Origin: Octopus sinensis
Lineage: Eukaryota
Direction: 5' to 3'
Length of the DNA: 64,000 nt
NCBI RefSeq assembly: GCF_006345805.1
Contig: NC_043012.1
Span: 3,286,001 to 3,350,000, forward strand
Shown: one piece after another, positions 13,621 to 28,497 of the stretch
How positions within the stretch are numbered: the first letter of the stretch is position 1
How the letters are laid out: every line of letters starts with the position of its first letter
Program-made: the position numbers and the translations under genes
The notes under the pieces: generated by a model
What the model saw: the letters and a program-made list of their open reading frames with translations, nothing else
What the model was told of the DNA's origin: nothing
Database searches by the model: none

Positions 13621-15402
13621 TTGCCACACAAGCTCACCCTTACCACACACACACCCTTGCCATGCAAGCTCACCCTTACCACACACACACCCTTGCCACA
13701 CAAGCTCACCCTTACCACACACACAGCCTTGCCATGCAAGCTCACCCTTACAACACACACAGCCTTGCCATGCAAGCTCACCCTTACCACACACACACCC
13801 TTGCCACACAAGCTCACCCTTACCACACACACAGCCTTGCCATGCAAGCTCACCCTTACCACACACACACCCTTGCCACACAAGCTCACCCTTACCACAC
13901 ACACACCCTTGCCATGCAAGCTCACCCTTACCACACACACACCCTTGCCATGCAAGCTCACCCTTACCACACACACACCCTTGCCACACAAGCTCACCCT
14001 TACCACACACACAGCCTTGCCATGCAAGCTCACCCATACCACACACACACCCTTGCCACACAAGCTCACCCTTACCACACACACACCCTTGCCACACAAG
14101 CTCACCCTTACCACACACACACCCTTGCCATGCAAGCTCACCCTTACCACACACACACCCTTGCCATGCAAGCTCACCCTTACCACACACACACCCTTGC
14201 CACACAAGCTCACCCTTACCACACACACATCCTTGCCATGCAAGCTCACCCTTACCACACACACACCCTTGCCATGCAAGCTCACCCTTACCACACACAC
14301 ACCCTTGCCACACAAGCTCACCCTTACCACACACACACCCTTGCCATGCAAGCTCACCCTTACCACACACACACCCTTGCCACACAAGCTCACCCTTACC
14401 ACACACACACCCTTGCCATGCAAGCTCACCCTTACCACACACACACCCTTGCCATGCAAGCTCACCCTTACCACACACACACCCTTGCCACACAAGCTCA
14501 CCCTTACCACACACACACCCTTGCCATGCAAGCTCACCCTTACCACACACACACCCTTGCCCTGCAAGCTCACCCTTACCATATACACACCCTTGCCATG
14601 CAAGCTCACCCTTACCACACACACACCCTTGCCACACAAGCTCACCCTTACCACATACACACCCTTGCCATGCAAGCTCACCCTTACCACACACACACCC
14701 TTGCCACACAAGCTCACCCTTACCACACACACACCCTTGCCATGCAAGCTCACCCTTACCACACACACACCCTTGCCACACAAGCTCACCCTTACCACAC
14801 ACACACCCTTGCCACACAAGCTCACCCTTACCACACACACACCCTTGCCATGCAAGCTCACCCTTACCACACACACACCCTTGCCACACAAGCTCACCCT
14901 TACCACACACACACCCTTGCCATGCAAGCTCACCCTTACCACACACACACCCTTGCCACACAAGCTCACCCTTACCACACACATACACCCTTGCCATGCA
15001 AGCTCACCCTTACCACACACACACCCTTGCCATGCAAGCTCACCCTTACCACACACACACCTTGCCACACATGCTCACCCTTACCACACACACCCTTGCC
15101 ATGCAAGCTCACCCTTACCACACACACACCCTTGCCATGCAAGCTCACCCTTACCACACACACACCCTTGCCACACAAGCTCACCCTTACCACACACACA
15201 CCCTTGCCATGCAAGCTCACCCTTACCACACACACACCCTTGCCATGCAAGCTCACCCTTACCACACACACACCCTTGCCACACAAGCTCACCCTTACCA
15301 CACACACACCCTTGCCATGCAAGCTCACCCTTACCACACATACACCCTTGCCATGCAAGCTCACCCTTACCATATACACACCCTTGCCATGCAAACTCAC
15401 CC
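13621..15402. repeat. 36-bp minisatellite, about 49 copies
   Basis: Unit cttgcc(atg/aca)caagctcacccttaccacacacacacc. The 12-aa periodicity in the long ORFs confirms the 36-nt period. Confidence 0.97.
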
Positions 15403-15849
15403 AACTCAACTATTTATGATCCTCCTTCGATCATTGTGTCTAACTTTTAAGATGCCTCACCAAACACTTTGCCAAATTCTCACTTCCTTCCCCAGGATGG
15501 CAATCACTTAGAATTCCTTCATCAAACATGCCCTTCTTGCAAACATCGACCTACAAAATGCTGATGTAAAACATCAAATGCATCAATCTCACCAGGCTGG
15601 GAAGTCCTGCAACGGCCATGAGTACTGCCTGCTCCCTCCCCTTCTAACTAGCTTACACACAACAAAAATACACCCTAAATATTCTCCTCTCCATCAACAT
15701 TTCAGATGAAGGCAATGTTCAGCTTTAGTTATAATGGTTAAACCAAACTAAGGAACCAAAGAAACTATTTTTGCTCAACTATGTGATGACTGATTAGTCA
15801 CAGGAAATACGATTGAATCAATCAATCAAAATTACATTATCTTACTTAC

Positions 15850-16145
15850 CAGGGACAACAGTATCATTCTCAATTGGACGCCACATAACTGAATCATTCA
15901 TCGTTAAAAACTGGCCAGGAGGTGGCCAAACACTGTTAGGGGACCTGCTTGATTGCCTCTCATATGAAATTGGATTTCTGTTCGGAACTGCTTGTATTAC
16001 GGTTGGCACTGTATAGACAGGATTTTGCTGCCCAGCTAAGTTTTGCGGATTCAGATCCAATCGGCTGATATTTATAGGTTTCCTTTTGAGAATGGTTGGT
16101 TGGGATGACAGTGATGTTACTGGAACAGGCTTTGATTTTTTCCAT
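15850..16145 (-). CDS. Cytoplasmic-tail exon (Pro/Gln/Ser-rich)
   Basis: Acceptor ttcctttcatcaacaacag; encodes (R)WKKSKPVPVTSLSSQPTILKRKPINISRLDLNPQNLAGQQNPVYTVPTVIQAVPNRNPISYERQSSRSPNSVWPPPGQFLTMNDSVMWRPIENDTVVP; donor G|gtaagt; 296 nt with no stop, phase 2 to 1. Confidence 0.85.
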
Positions 16146-16685
16146 CTGTTGTTGATGAAAGGAAAAAATAAATATAAGAATAAATTGATGAAGGTAAAAA
16201 AAACCCAGCTTGAAATTAAATGTGTGACAATCCAGAAAAGATTAGGCTAAAAATTAACCCTTTTGCTGCACAAATCAGATATATCCACTCAGAATTTGAT
16301 AACCCTTAACTACAGAAAGCAATTTTATATACCAGTCTCTCTTTTGTTGAGGAATTTCATGTTTGAAATTATTCTCTGTTTAGATATGTCAAGTTTATTA
16401 AGTCAATATGACTTGCAGAAAATACCAATTCTCTATATTTTTCTTTTTTGTGAGATACTGGAGTAACCACACTTAAAAGGTTAAAAAAAAGAATTCCATC
16501 AGCACCACCAATATCATTATCATCATTAATATAGTGGTTGGGTAGGCTAAAGTATTAATGCATTGAACATAATGTTACGCTGCCACCTTAACTACAATTG
16601 GGAATGTTGTCATTCCATACAGATTCATATAAAGTTGAAACTTTAATCTTTTCATGATTATACTTCCAGCAAAATATACAGCCTA

Positions 16686-16756
<71 letters not shown>

Positions 16757-17120
16757 TTCATTATCATCATCACTGTTCTAATATTCACTTTTCCTTACTT
16801 GCATGGGTTAGACAGAATTCGTTGAGGCAGATTTACTACAGCTGGGTGCCTTTCCTGTCACTAGCTCTCACTTGTTTCTAAGCAAGGCAACATCTTCCTG
16901 CGACCAAACATGTTTTTGTAGAAGACTGGAAATTAATGACACTGCTTGTGTGATGTCAAGAGAAAGTGGTGCAAATGCAGACACACACTCACACATACAT
17001 CTATACATCTCTGTACTTATGATGGGTTTCTTTCAGGTTCCACCAAGCAAATCCACCAACAAGGCTTTGGTCAGCCTGAAGTTATAGTAGAAGATACTTG
17101 TCCAAGATACCTTGCAGCAG

Positions 17121-17450
17121 AACTAAACCTAAAACCACATGGTTGGAAAGTTAACTTCATAAGCACACAGCTTTGCCTGTGACTATCTAAAAATAACCAA
17201 GGACCTTAGTAAAATAACTAACTTTATAGATTATAGGACTTTCAACTCTTTAGCATTTAAACCAACTAAATATGGCCAGAGATAGAATATTTTGGCCATA
17301 TTTAGTTGGTCTAAATGCTAAAGAGTTGGAAGTCCTATAATCTATAAAGTTAGTTATTTTACTAAGGTCCTTGGTTATTTTTAGATAGTCACAGGCAAAG
17401 CTGTGTGCTTATGAAGTTCACTTTCCAACTATGTGGTTTTAGGTTTAGTT
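17121..17450. repeat. Long inverted duplication (158-bp arms, 14-nt loop)
   Basis: Arms 17121-17278 and 17293-17450 are reverse complements with only a few mismatches. Confidence 0.95.
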
Positions 17451-18409
17451 CCACTGCATGGCATCTTGGACCTTAATTCCAGGCTGACCAAAGCTTTGTA
17501 GGTGGATCTGGTTGATGGAACCTGAAAGAAGCTTATCATATGTACAGAGATGTAGAGAGGTATGGGCACAGGAGTGGCTGTATGGTAAAAGCTTACTTCC
17601 CAACCACATGTTTTCGGGTTCAGTCCCACTGCATGGCACCTTGGGCAAGTGTCTTCTGCTATAGCCACGGGCAGACCAAAGCCTTGTGATTAGATTTGGT
17701 AGATGGAAACTGAAAGAAGCCTGTCGTATATGTGTGTGTGTCTGTGTCTCTGTGTGTCTGTGTTTCTCCCCACTTCGTCACTTGACAACCCGTAACTTAG
17801 CAATTTGGCAAAACATACCGACAGAATAAGTACCAGGCTTACAAGGAATAAATCTTGAGGTCGATTAGTTCGACTAATGGCAGTGCTCCAGTATGGCCAC
17901 AGTCAAATGACTGAAACAAGTAAAAGAATAAAAGAAAAAAAAGAATATGTGTGCCTGTCTGTGTTTGTACCATTTTGTCTTGACATCGCATGAAAGTTGT
18001 GAACAAATGTCACCATGACAGCTTTGTGCTAAAATTTAAAATATTATGACTGAATATTTTACCTATGTTTCAGTAAGAGAATTTAATTAATTATACAAAT
18101 TATGTGAAAGCATGTGGCTAAGTGGCTAGGGTGTTGCATTCACAACCACAAGATCATGGTTTCAATTCTCAGACCAGTAGTGCATTGTGTTCTTAAGCCA
18201 AACACTTCATTTTCCATAGCTCCAATCCAGTAAGCTGTAAACAGGTGACCCTGAGATGTACTGACCTTCCTTTCAGAGAGAATGTTGGCCACAGAGTGAC
18301 ATCATTCGAAAGCTATAATAATGTGAGAAAGTGCATTGTGACTAGCGGTGTATAACCACATCTGATAGTCTAGTTGACACAGTGACAAAGTGATATAAAT
18401 TATATTTAC

Positions 18410-18507
18410 CGTTTACATCTCCAAACAATAATAGCAATGACAAAGATGAAGTTAATTGCTGCAATTGTGCTGGCAGCTGTCAGTGCAGCTACAATACCAA
18501 GGGTCAT
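18410..18507 (-). CDS. Transmembrane exon of an unnamed single-pass membrane protein (counted from the Met before the TM segment)
   Basis: Encodes MTLGIVAALTAASTIAAINFIFVIAIIVWRCK(R): a hydrophobic span followed by a basic stop-transfer. Donor CG|gtaaat is phase 2 and matches the next exon. Best acceptor atctaatttcag gives an exon start at 18533; a weaker one gives 18519. Confidence 0.85.
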
Positions 18508-18628
18508 GTTGGAAATATTCTATTTCCTATAACCTGAAATTAGATAAAACCAAAATTTAAATTACAGAAACAAGATGCAACATAATAACTGCAAGCATCA
18601 ATTTATTTTAACCTTTCAGCATTCGTAT

Positions 18629-19225
<597 letters not shown>

Positions 19226-20259
19226 GACCGTATTACTCTGTCAAACATAATTCTTATCTATTCACATTGTTTTGAATTAATCATACATTATCTCATAGCT
19301 TCAAGATTTCAATGATGTGAATGCTTTTTAGCTTTTTGTTCAATGACATTGTAAGGTAAGCTTAAGGGGCCAGATCTGGCCATTTCGAATTTGAAAACAG
19401 AATATTTTGGCTAGATATCACTGGTTGAAGGGTTAACAGAATTAAGTCCATTCTCTCATTCTTTTATTCTGTTATTAGTTTTGGTCATTGAATTGCGACC
19501 TTACTGGAGCACCACACCTTCAACGGTTTAGTTGACTGAATTGATCCAGTATTTAATTTCAGTCTAGTTCTTATTCTATCAGCCTCTATTTATTGAATGA
19601 TGAAGATGCATGGCTATGTAGTTAGGGTGTCAGGCTCACAATCATAAGGCTGTGGCTTCAATTCCTGAGCTAGGAAGTATGTCGTGTACTTGTACAAGGT
19701 ACTTCCTTCCAAACTGCTTCAGTTTATTCAACTGAAACTGAGTACCAGCAAGGTGCTAGTGCATTCCTCTCTATCTCCAGTTGTAACATCATCCTTAATA
19801 TTCTATTGAGTCAAAGCAAGGAAGGTAGAGAAGGTGCTTCTGTCTGCTTATAACTATGTAAGCCCCTCCATCTTTCACCCTAAAACAACCAGCAAAAGCA
19901 TGATACATACTATGCAACCACACTTGCTTATGAGTAACTCCTTTGATTATTTGTTGAAACAGGAAATTAATTACAAAACAACATCAACAATATTGGCTTT
20001 TAGATTGGTATACATAAGGCAGTGGTAGGCACAGTATGGCTGAATGATTGAGAAGTTTGCTTTGTAAATGCAAGGCCTTGGGTTCAGTCTCACATTATGG
20101 CATCTTGGAAACAGGGTATATGTGTAAATTATCAATCTGTTGTCCATCAATCAGAAACAAAAGTACAAGCTTTGCACCTAGTATCAAAAAAGTAATAAAA
20201 ATAATTATTATTAAGGCCCAAAGCAGAAGCATGAAGCTTATGTAAGATTTACTGTGAGT

Positions 20260-20669
20260 ACATCTGGCAACTGACTTGACAGACACCCATAAAATTATTA
20301 ACCATCTTACCAACAATAACTCTGAGCACCTTTTCAAACTCCACCTGTCTAACACCCGTGAACATGTTTACAAAGTCAGAAAACAGCACAGCTACCATGA
20401 TTTTCAGAAACATTTATTCACGCTAAGAGTTGCTGAAGTATGGAACAAACTGCCGGCATCAGTTGTTAGTTGTTGGAGCACTGCATCCTTCAAAACTTCC
20501 ATGCTTCCTGAGATTCACCAACACTATACCTGATTTTCTCCCCTCCATACATATGCAAGCATGTATCTAACTCATACACTGTTCACTTTCCAGACATTTG
20601 TACATTACTGCATATGCTTTATATGCACTTTTGACAAGTTGTGGTGCACCTGAGCACTGTATACAATAA

Positions 20670-20705
<36 letters not shown>
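20260..20705 (+). mobile_element. CR1-clade LINE 3' fragment, same family as 11400-12135
   Basis: Closely similar DNA: THKIINHLTNNNSEHLFKLHLSNT...VAEVWNKLPASVV, then an (ATT)n tail. Confidence 0.85.
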
Positions 20706-20708
<3 letters not shown>

Positions 20709-21602
20709 TCAGTGAAAAATCAATACAAAACAGAGGTTATGATCTACAAAGCGAAGATGATTTCTACCAGTAATGGGAACACACACAGAGAAATATGTCG
20801 GAGTAACAGATGGCCTCTTTAAAGTCAGGGTAAATAATCATGGCTCCTCTTTTAGAATTCAAGAGAAGCACAATGTTACAATGTTAACCAGCTGTATCTG
20901 ACAATTCAAAGTGGAAGCAATGCTGTAAAAAGTAGAAGCAATGCTGGAATGGCATGGACCATACGTGAATGGAAGTAGATGATGAAAAGAATCGTTTTAA
21001 AAATCTCACACAATCCAGAATCTTTCCTGGAATCAAAATGTAAAATATTTGGATACTGTTCTCATGAATGGCAACATTTTCAGAACAGAAAACGGACGTG
21101 TTCAAACACAGCTGGCATTTTTTAGCAGAGGTTGACATTGATCCAAGGGAGGCAACTCTTCTTTCTCTCTCAGAAAATGTTACAATTTTTTTTATTTCAT
21201 TCCAGTTTTTTTTACCAACATCAAGCTACCCAGGTGCAGCAGGGACTATGCACTTCCAACCAGAATATCTGAAGAGTTATGAATATTGCTGAACACAGTA
21301 GTCAGTGCAAAACTATTAGTAACATACTAACCATAACTAATGGTATACTGCTCCATAAAATATGAATATATATGCATATATATATATATATATATATATA
21401 TCTTTTACTTGTTTCAGTCATTTGACTGTGGACATGCTGGAGTACCGCCTTTAGTCGTGCAAATCGACCCCAGGACTTATTCTTTGTAAGCCTAGTACTT
21501 ATTCTATCAGTCTCTTTTGCTGAACCGCTAAGTTATGGGGACGTAAACACACCAGCATCGGTTGTCAAGCGATGTTGGGGGGACAAACACAGACACACAA
21601 AT

Positions 21603-21643
<41 letters not shown>

Positions 21644-23667
21644 CATATATACGACGGGCTTCTTTCAGTTTCCGTCTACCAAATCCACTCGCAAGGCTTT
21701 GGTCGGCCCGAGGTTATAGTAGAAGACACTTGCCCAAGATGCCATGCAGTGGGACTGAACCCGGAACCATGTGGTTGGTATATATATATATATGAAATAC
21801 ACACACAGAAACACACAGACATGTGTGTGTGTGTGTATGTATGTGTGTGTGAGTGTGAAGGCACATGACTGAGTAGTTAGGGCTTTCAGCTCACGACCAT
21901 AAGATCATGAGTTTGATACCCAGTGGCTGACTGTGACCTTGAGCAAGACATTTCACTTCATGTTGCTCCGGTCCACTCAGCTGTCAAAAATGAGTTGTAC
22001 CTGTAATTCAAAGGAGCCAGCCTTGTCACACTCTGTGTCGTCCTGAACCTCCCCAAGAACAATGTTAATGGTAAGTATGTCTGTGGAGTACTCAGCCACT
22101 TGCATATTAGTTTCATGAGCAGGTTGTTCTATTGATCAGATCAACTGGAATGCTTGAGACTGCAACCAGCAGCATGCCATTTATATACATATATTCGTAG
22201 CACTCCGTCGGTTATGATGACGAGTGTTCCAGTTGATCTGATCAACGGAACAGCCTGCCCGTGAAATTAACGTGCAAGTGGCTGAGCACTCCACAGACAC
22301 TTGCACCCTTAACGTAGTTCTCGGGGAGATTCAGCATGACACAGAGTGTGCCAAGGCTGGCCCTTTGAAATACAGGTATAACAGAAACAGGAAGAAAGCG
22401 TGAGAGAAAGTTGTGGTGAAAGAGTACAGTAGGGTTCACCACCACTCCCTGCTGGAGCCTTATGGAGCTTTAGGTGTTTCCACTCAATAAACACTTACAA
22501 TGCCTGGTCTGGGAATCGAAAACATAATCCCATGACCACGAGTCCGCTGCCCTAACCAGAGCCATTGATCTTCCACTATATATACATTACATACATGCAT
22601 ACAGGTATGTAAGTGTGTGTGTGTGTGTGTGTGTCTGCCGTACTTGCATTTGTCCCCGTCTACCACTTGACAACCAATGTTGGTGTATTTACGTCCCAGT
22701 AACTTAGCAGTTCAGTTAAAGAGACCAGCAGAATAAGTACCAGACTTTAAAAAAAAAGAAGTACACAAGTCAATTCATTCAACAAAACTTTTTCAGAGCA
22801 GTGCCCCAGCATGGCCAGAGTCTAATGACAGAAAGAAGTAAAAGGTAAAATATGATGTGTCCTGTTACTCAACCCCTCTACCACAGAACAATACACCATA
22901 TTAGATCCTTCTACATCTAATTAAACTACATCTAATTACACTCTTCATTAAAATAGAACTAAATTACATTATGTTGAACAACTGAATTTTCGCTATACTA
23001 CCATTTGTGAGTCAGCTGAATGGTTGGTTGACATGCTAGAAATAATACCCAAATCTCCTTTGAATCACAGTTTCCTGTCTTAGGAAAGGACATCCCAGGC
23101 GAACTGCACTTAATTAGAGCTGATGTGTTTACGAATAGCAACACCAGCCCCATTTGATTTCACCAGAACAGCCACTGCTGCTGCTGCTGCTGCTGCAATT
23201 ACTACTATTACTGCTACAGACATGGTGACTGTCAAAGAACGCCAAGCACAGGTATGAGTGCCAATTGTGAGTGGACAGCCATACTTAAGCAGTGAGTGGG
23301 ACAGTGAAGAATGGTATGTGTGGTATGTTTAATGAATGTGACCACAAGAAATGAGGAGTAAGGAAGGATTCACCTGAGGGAAGATAAGAAAGAGGAGACA
23401 AATGGGAGGTGGAGAAGGAAAGGGAGAGACTAAAAGATAGACAAAATATATGTGTGTTTGTGTATAATCATCATCATCATCATCATCATTATCATTTAAT
23501 GTCCATTTTCCATGCTGTCATGGGTTGGACAGCTTGATCAGAGCTGGAAAGCATGAAAACTGCACTAGATTCCAGTCTGATTTGGGTTGGTTTCTATGGC
23601 ATGATGCCCTTTGCTAATGCCAACCACTGTACATAGTGTGTTGGCTGCTTTTTTATGTAGCAGTGGC

Positions 23668-23777
<110 letters not shown>

Positions 23778-25242
23778 TCATCATCATCATCATTTAACAT
23801 CTGTTGTCTATGCTAGCACGCTAGAAGGCTGCACCAGGTTCCAGTCTGATTTGGCATGGTTTTCTACAGCTGGATGCCCTTCCTAATGCCAACCACTCTG
23901 AGAGTGTAGTGGGTGCTTTTACATGCCCCTAGTATAGGTTCCATTTGTGTGACAACGGTATCTGCCACAACTTCGATTTTGCTCAGCTTGATGGGTCTTC
24001 TCAAGCACAACATAATGCCAAAGGTCTCGATCATTGCTTCCATAAGGCCCAACACTCGAAGGGAACTCGGCCACTTTTCCCCCATGGGGCTCAATGCTCA
24101 AGAGGAATTCAAGCACCTTGTCTCTGTGAGGCCCAACACTCGAAAGGCACTCAGCCACTTGCCTCCATGAGGCCCAATGATCAAAGGAACTCAACCACCT
24201 ATATATAAATAATAAAGATGGCTTGTTAGTAATTAGTCAACTGAAAGGCAAAAATATATACATCACTAAGGTGATTAAGGGCGCTAGTCAGCACCAATAT
24301 TGCTAGAAATAAGAGTCAAAATAACTCATAGCTACGATAAGCACTATCTTAATGACTGACAAGGAAGGCAAGCTCCCTAAGCACTGGGCATAGCCAGATC
24401 ACCAGTGATTTTGCATTTATATTAATGCTCTTCAATGGCTCTTACTGGTACCTAGGGTTAAACTCATCTTACCTTTTCAGCTTATAAGAAATCATACACT
24501 GATTTCATAAATGGTAAAAGTGAAAATTATAAATAATAAGGGTAGCTTGTTAGCAATTTTTTCAAAACTAAGGGTGCTAGTCAGCACCAGTATTGCTAGA
24601 AATAAGAGTCAAAACAACTCATAGCCGTGGCTGCGTGGTAAGTAGCTTACTTACCAACCACATAGTTCCAGGTTCAGTCCCACTGCGTGGCACCTTGGGC
24701 AAGTGTCTTCTGCTATAACCTCGGGCCGACCAAAGCCTTGTGAGTGGATTTGGTAGACAGAAACTGAAAGAAGCCCATCGTATATGTGTGTGTGTGTGTG
24801 TGTTTGTGTGTCTGTGTTTGTCCCCCCAACATCGCTTGACAACCGATGCTGGTGTGTTTACATCCCCTCCCCATAACTTAGCGGTTCGGCAAAAGAGACC
24901 GATAGAATAAGTCCTTGGGTCAATTTGCTCGACTAAAGGCAGTGCTCCAGCACAGCTGCAGTCAAATGCCTGAAACAAATATATATATAATCATCACCAT
25001 CAGCATCATCTTTTAATACCCGCTTTTCCATGCTTGCCTGTGTTAGCTAGAATTTGTTGAGACAGATTTTCTAAAGCTGGATGCCCTTCCTGTCACCAAC
25101 CTTCACTTGTTTCCAAGCAAAGTAATACTTCTCCATGATCAGACAAGTTTTCCATGGAAAACAGAAAATGTATTACATTGCTGTATCACTGTATTACTCA
25201 TTAGCTATCATCACTTGATGCTAAGGCAAGGGTGTGTGCAAT

Positions 25243-25284
<42 letters not shown>

Positions 25285-25581
25285 CATATATATGTAAACA
25301 TATGGCAACGTAGATAAGTACAACATATATATTGTACAGCAATATGAAGTTTATCTGACACATTGATATCTGAATTTCCAAATTGAGACTTTTTTTTTTT
25401 TGGTCTCTCCCCTCGCAGAAATCAGATTCCATACTCTCCGTTAAACAACTAGTTAATAAAGAGGGTGGTAATTAAGTAATGAATGTCATTAGAATAAACG
25501 TTTAATTGCAGTCATGTTTCTCCATAAATAATTATTATTCCAACTAGAGTAGTCATGTCACACAAAATATAGGTTGCTCAC

Positions 25582-25823
25582 CTGGTACATTAGACATGAA
25601 AATAGTAATAATAACGTGTATATTGTATTCTATTGATTTATTACCATCAACAACAAAGCTGTTTTTGAATTAACAAAGTGATAAGAATGAAGTATATCTT
25701 GAAATATCAACTGTGGTCCCTTTTTTAAAATGTATTTCATGACATATTTCAATAATAATGCTCCATAAAATTCTGGTTCAGTAGTGGTCTATCACTTTTA
25801 CTCAAAGAAGCTCTGACAAATTC
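25582..25823 (-). pseudogene. Exon-like segment, ectodomain-like but with 3 in-frame stops
   Basis: Acceptor aatgtttcag and donor CAG|gtgagc; 242 nt, phase 2 to 1. Reads NLSELL*VKVIDHY*TRILWSIIIEICHEIHFKKGTTVDISRYTSFLSLC*FKNSFVVDGNKSIEYNIHVIITIFMSNVP. Confidence 0.4.
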
Positions 25824-26291
25824 CTGAAACATTAGATTGGATTTACCATTTACTGAAAAATCATGCCTTTATAGTACATCATACTGATACAAAATATGTT
25901 GTTAGAGTATTTTTTTCTTTAACTAAAGTATTTAGCTTCACCATTAATATCTAAAAGATGATGACATGATGCAGCCGGTTAAGCCAATAAAGGAGCCTCT
26001 ATGTGGCTTCTATCTAGAAACACCAGCTGAAATTTCCAGCCAAACCATTTTTACCAATGGGCCTCTTTGAGTCATGGTTTACTCTACTGGAACCCCATAC
26101 CCACTTGATATTTAAAAAATCCTATTATAGGCACAGGAATGGCTGCATGGTAAGTAGCTTGCATCCCAACCACACAGTTCCGGGTTCAGTCCCACTGTAG
26201 AGCACCTTGGGTTAGTGTTTTCTACTATAGCTGCAGGCCAACCAAAGCCTTGTGAGTGGATTTGGTAGAGGAAACTGAGAGAAGCCCGTTG

Positions 26292-26331
<40 letters not shown>

Positions 26332-28444
26332 TATATATATACACACACACACATATATATATATACACACACACATATATATACATATATATATATATAT
26401 ACACATATATATATATATACATATATATATGTGTGTGTGTTTGTCCATGTGTGTGTCCCCGACATCGCTTGACAATCAATGCTGGTGTGTTTACGACCTC
26501 CATAACTTAGCAGTTCAGCAAAAGAGACTAATATAATAAGTACTAGGTTGACAAAGAATAAGTCCTGGGGTCGATTTGCTCGACTAAAGGCAGTGCTCCA
26601 GCATGGCTACAGTCAAATGACTGAAACAAGTAAAAGAATAAAAGAAAGAATATTTTTATAATTAAACATTATCATTTAAGTGTATAAAGGAATTGTTAAA
26701 ATATTTTGTTTATTGCAAAAGTATAAGCAATTTATTACAAGTAAATTTTAAAAACAGAATCTGATATGGAGTCCCCAAGGGGCTAGATAATGTCGTCCCA
26801 GGTTATAATTTATATTCCATTCAGCCATTTTCGAGAAACTGGTAGATGAAGGGTCAACATGCTAATGGCACGAATCTATGCTAGTCCATTGCAGAATTAC
26901 TCATGTTTGCCAGCTGAGTGGACTGGAGCAACATGAAGTGAAGTGTTTTGCTCAAAAACACAAAGCATCACCTGGTCTAGGAATTGAAACCACAATCTAA
27001 TGATCATGAGTCCAACACCCTAACCACTAAGCCATGCATCTCAACTAGTCTTGATAATGCAGAACTATAATCTGAGACATGCCCAACACCATCACCACCA
27101 ACAACAACAACAACATCTTGATGAAGTACTTAATATTCTTTTCTACTCTAGGCACAAAGCTCGAAATTTTGGGGAAGGGGGTCAGTCGAATAGATCTACC
27201 CCAGTACGCAACTGGTACTTAATTTATAGACTCCAAAAGGAAGAAAGGCAAAATCGACCTCGGCGGAATTTGAACTCAGACAGACAAAATACTGCTAAGC
27301 ATTTCGCCTGGCATGCTAATGGTTCTGCCAGCTCGCTGCCTTGCTGAAGAACTTGATATTGTAAAGAGTTTGCTGAAGAAGGAATAGGATAAATAAACTT
27401 GTGTGAAAGTTCAATAAGTTAAGGATATTGTACATGGTACATGGGAAGAGATGTGAGGAAATCAGCCAGGGAAAATATCTCAGAATTAAACTGCTTTGAG
27501 TGTATAAGTAAACGATAAAATAAGCTCTTCCTCTACCCCCCCCCCCATCCCACAACCACACCCACCATATCACAGAACCATTTTATGTTACAATTTCACT
27601 TCAGAAGAACTAAATACAATAAACCAGCCATTTTCAAGAAACTGGCAGATGAAGGATCAACATGCTGATGGCAGTTTATCTGTACTCATTGTTGACCTCC
27701 TTGTCAATGCTGACCAATGGAATGTTGGATGGATGGTTCTCATAGTCAGGTGATTAAGCTTAGCCATTGACATCTAAACACCACAACGTCCATTACTTGT
27801 TTTGGTAAGGTGGCTTGTTGGTATCAGTGGTTCTAAGAGCTATGCCAGTGGAGTGCAAGCTCCTGGTATGCCTCCCCATATTGGACAAGTCAAAGATAGA
27901 AGTCAGATAAATATGGATCACTTCTACCCAGAGGTAAAAATAGGTTTGTGTAGGGCCAACACCCTTACCTACAAATAAATGTAAAGTCACAGAAACATTA
28001 ATGACAATTCAAAAACAACAAGGTTTGGAAATGAAAGAAATCCCAGTGAAGAACAGAAGAGAAAAGCCATTGAGGGCCTATGCTCCTCAGACAGAGAAAG
28101 ATTTAAGTACTGACACCTAAGCAGAATTTGAACTCAGAATGACAAGAGCTGGAACAGATATTACCATGAGATAATCTCATCCTAAAAATACTGTCAATCA
28201 ACCACGTTTGATTTGTATTTATTGACTCTAAAAGGATGAAAGTAAAGAAGACCTTAGCAGGATTTGAACTCTGAACGCACAGAGGAAGAATTTCTTTTAC
28301 TTGTTTCATTCATTTGACTGCGGCCATGCTGGAGCACCGCCTTTAGTCAAGCAAATCGACCCCAGAACAAAATTCTTTGTAAGCCAAATACTTATTCTAT
28401 CAGTTTCTTTTGGAGAGGGGACAAGCACAGACACACAAACATAT

Positions 28445-28497
<53 letters not shown>

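Noticed and set aside
13621-15402. Possible CRISPR-like array
   Set aside because: Head-to-tail units with no unique spacers, in eukaryotic DNA with no cas genes.
13516-15511. Long ORFs of 450-644 aa (His/Thr/Pro-rich, or Gly/Cys/Val-rich on minus)
   Set aside because: Artefacts of a 36-bp minisatellite that lacks stops in five frames; no splice or start context, and they lie in an intron.
24472-24497. 26-nt exon candidate with a strong AAG|gtaaga donor
   Set aside because: Mediocre acceptor, and the phase does not fit the neighbouring exons; it could be a UTR exon but cannot be supported.
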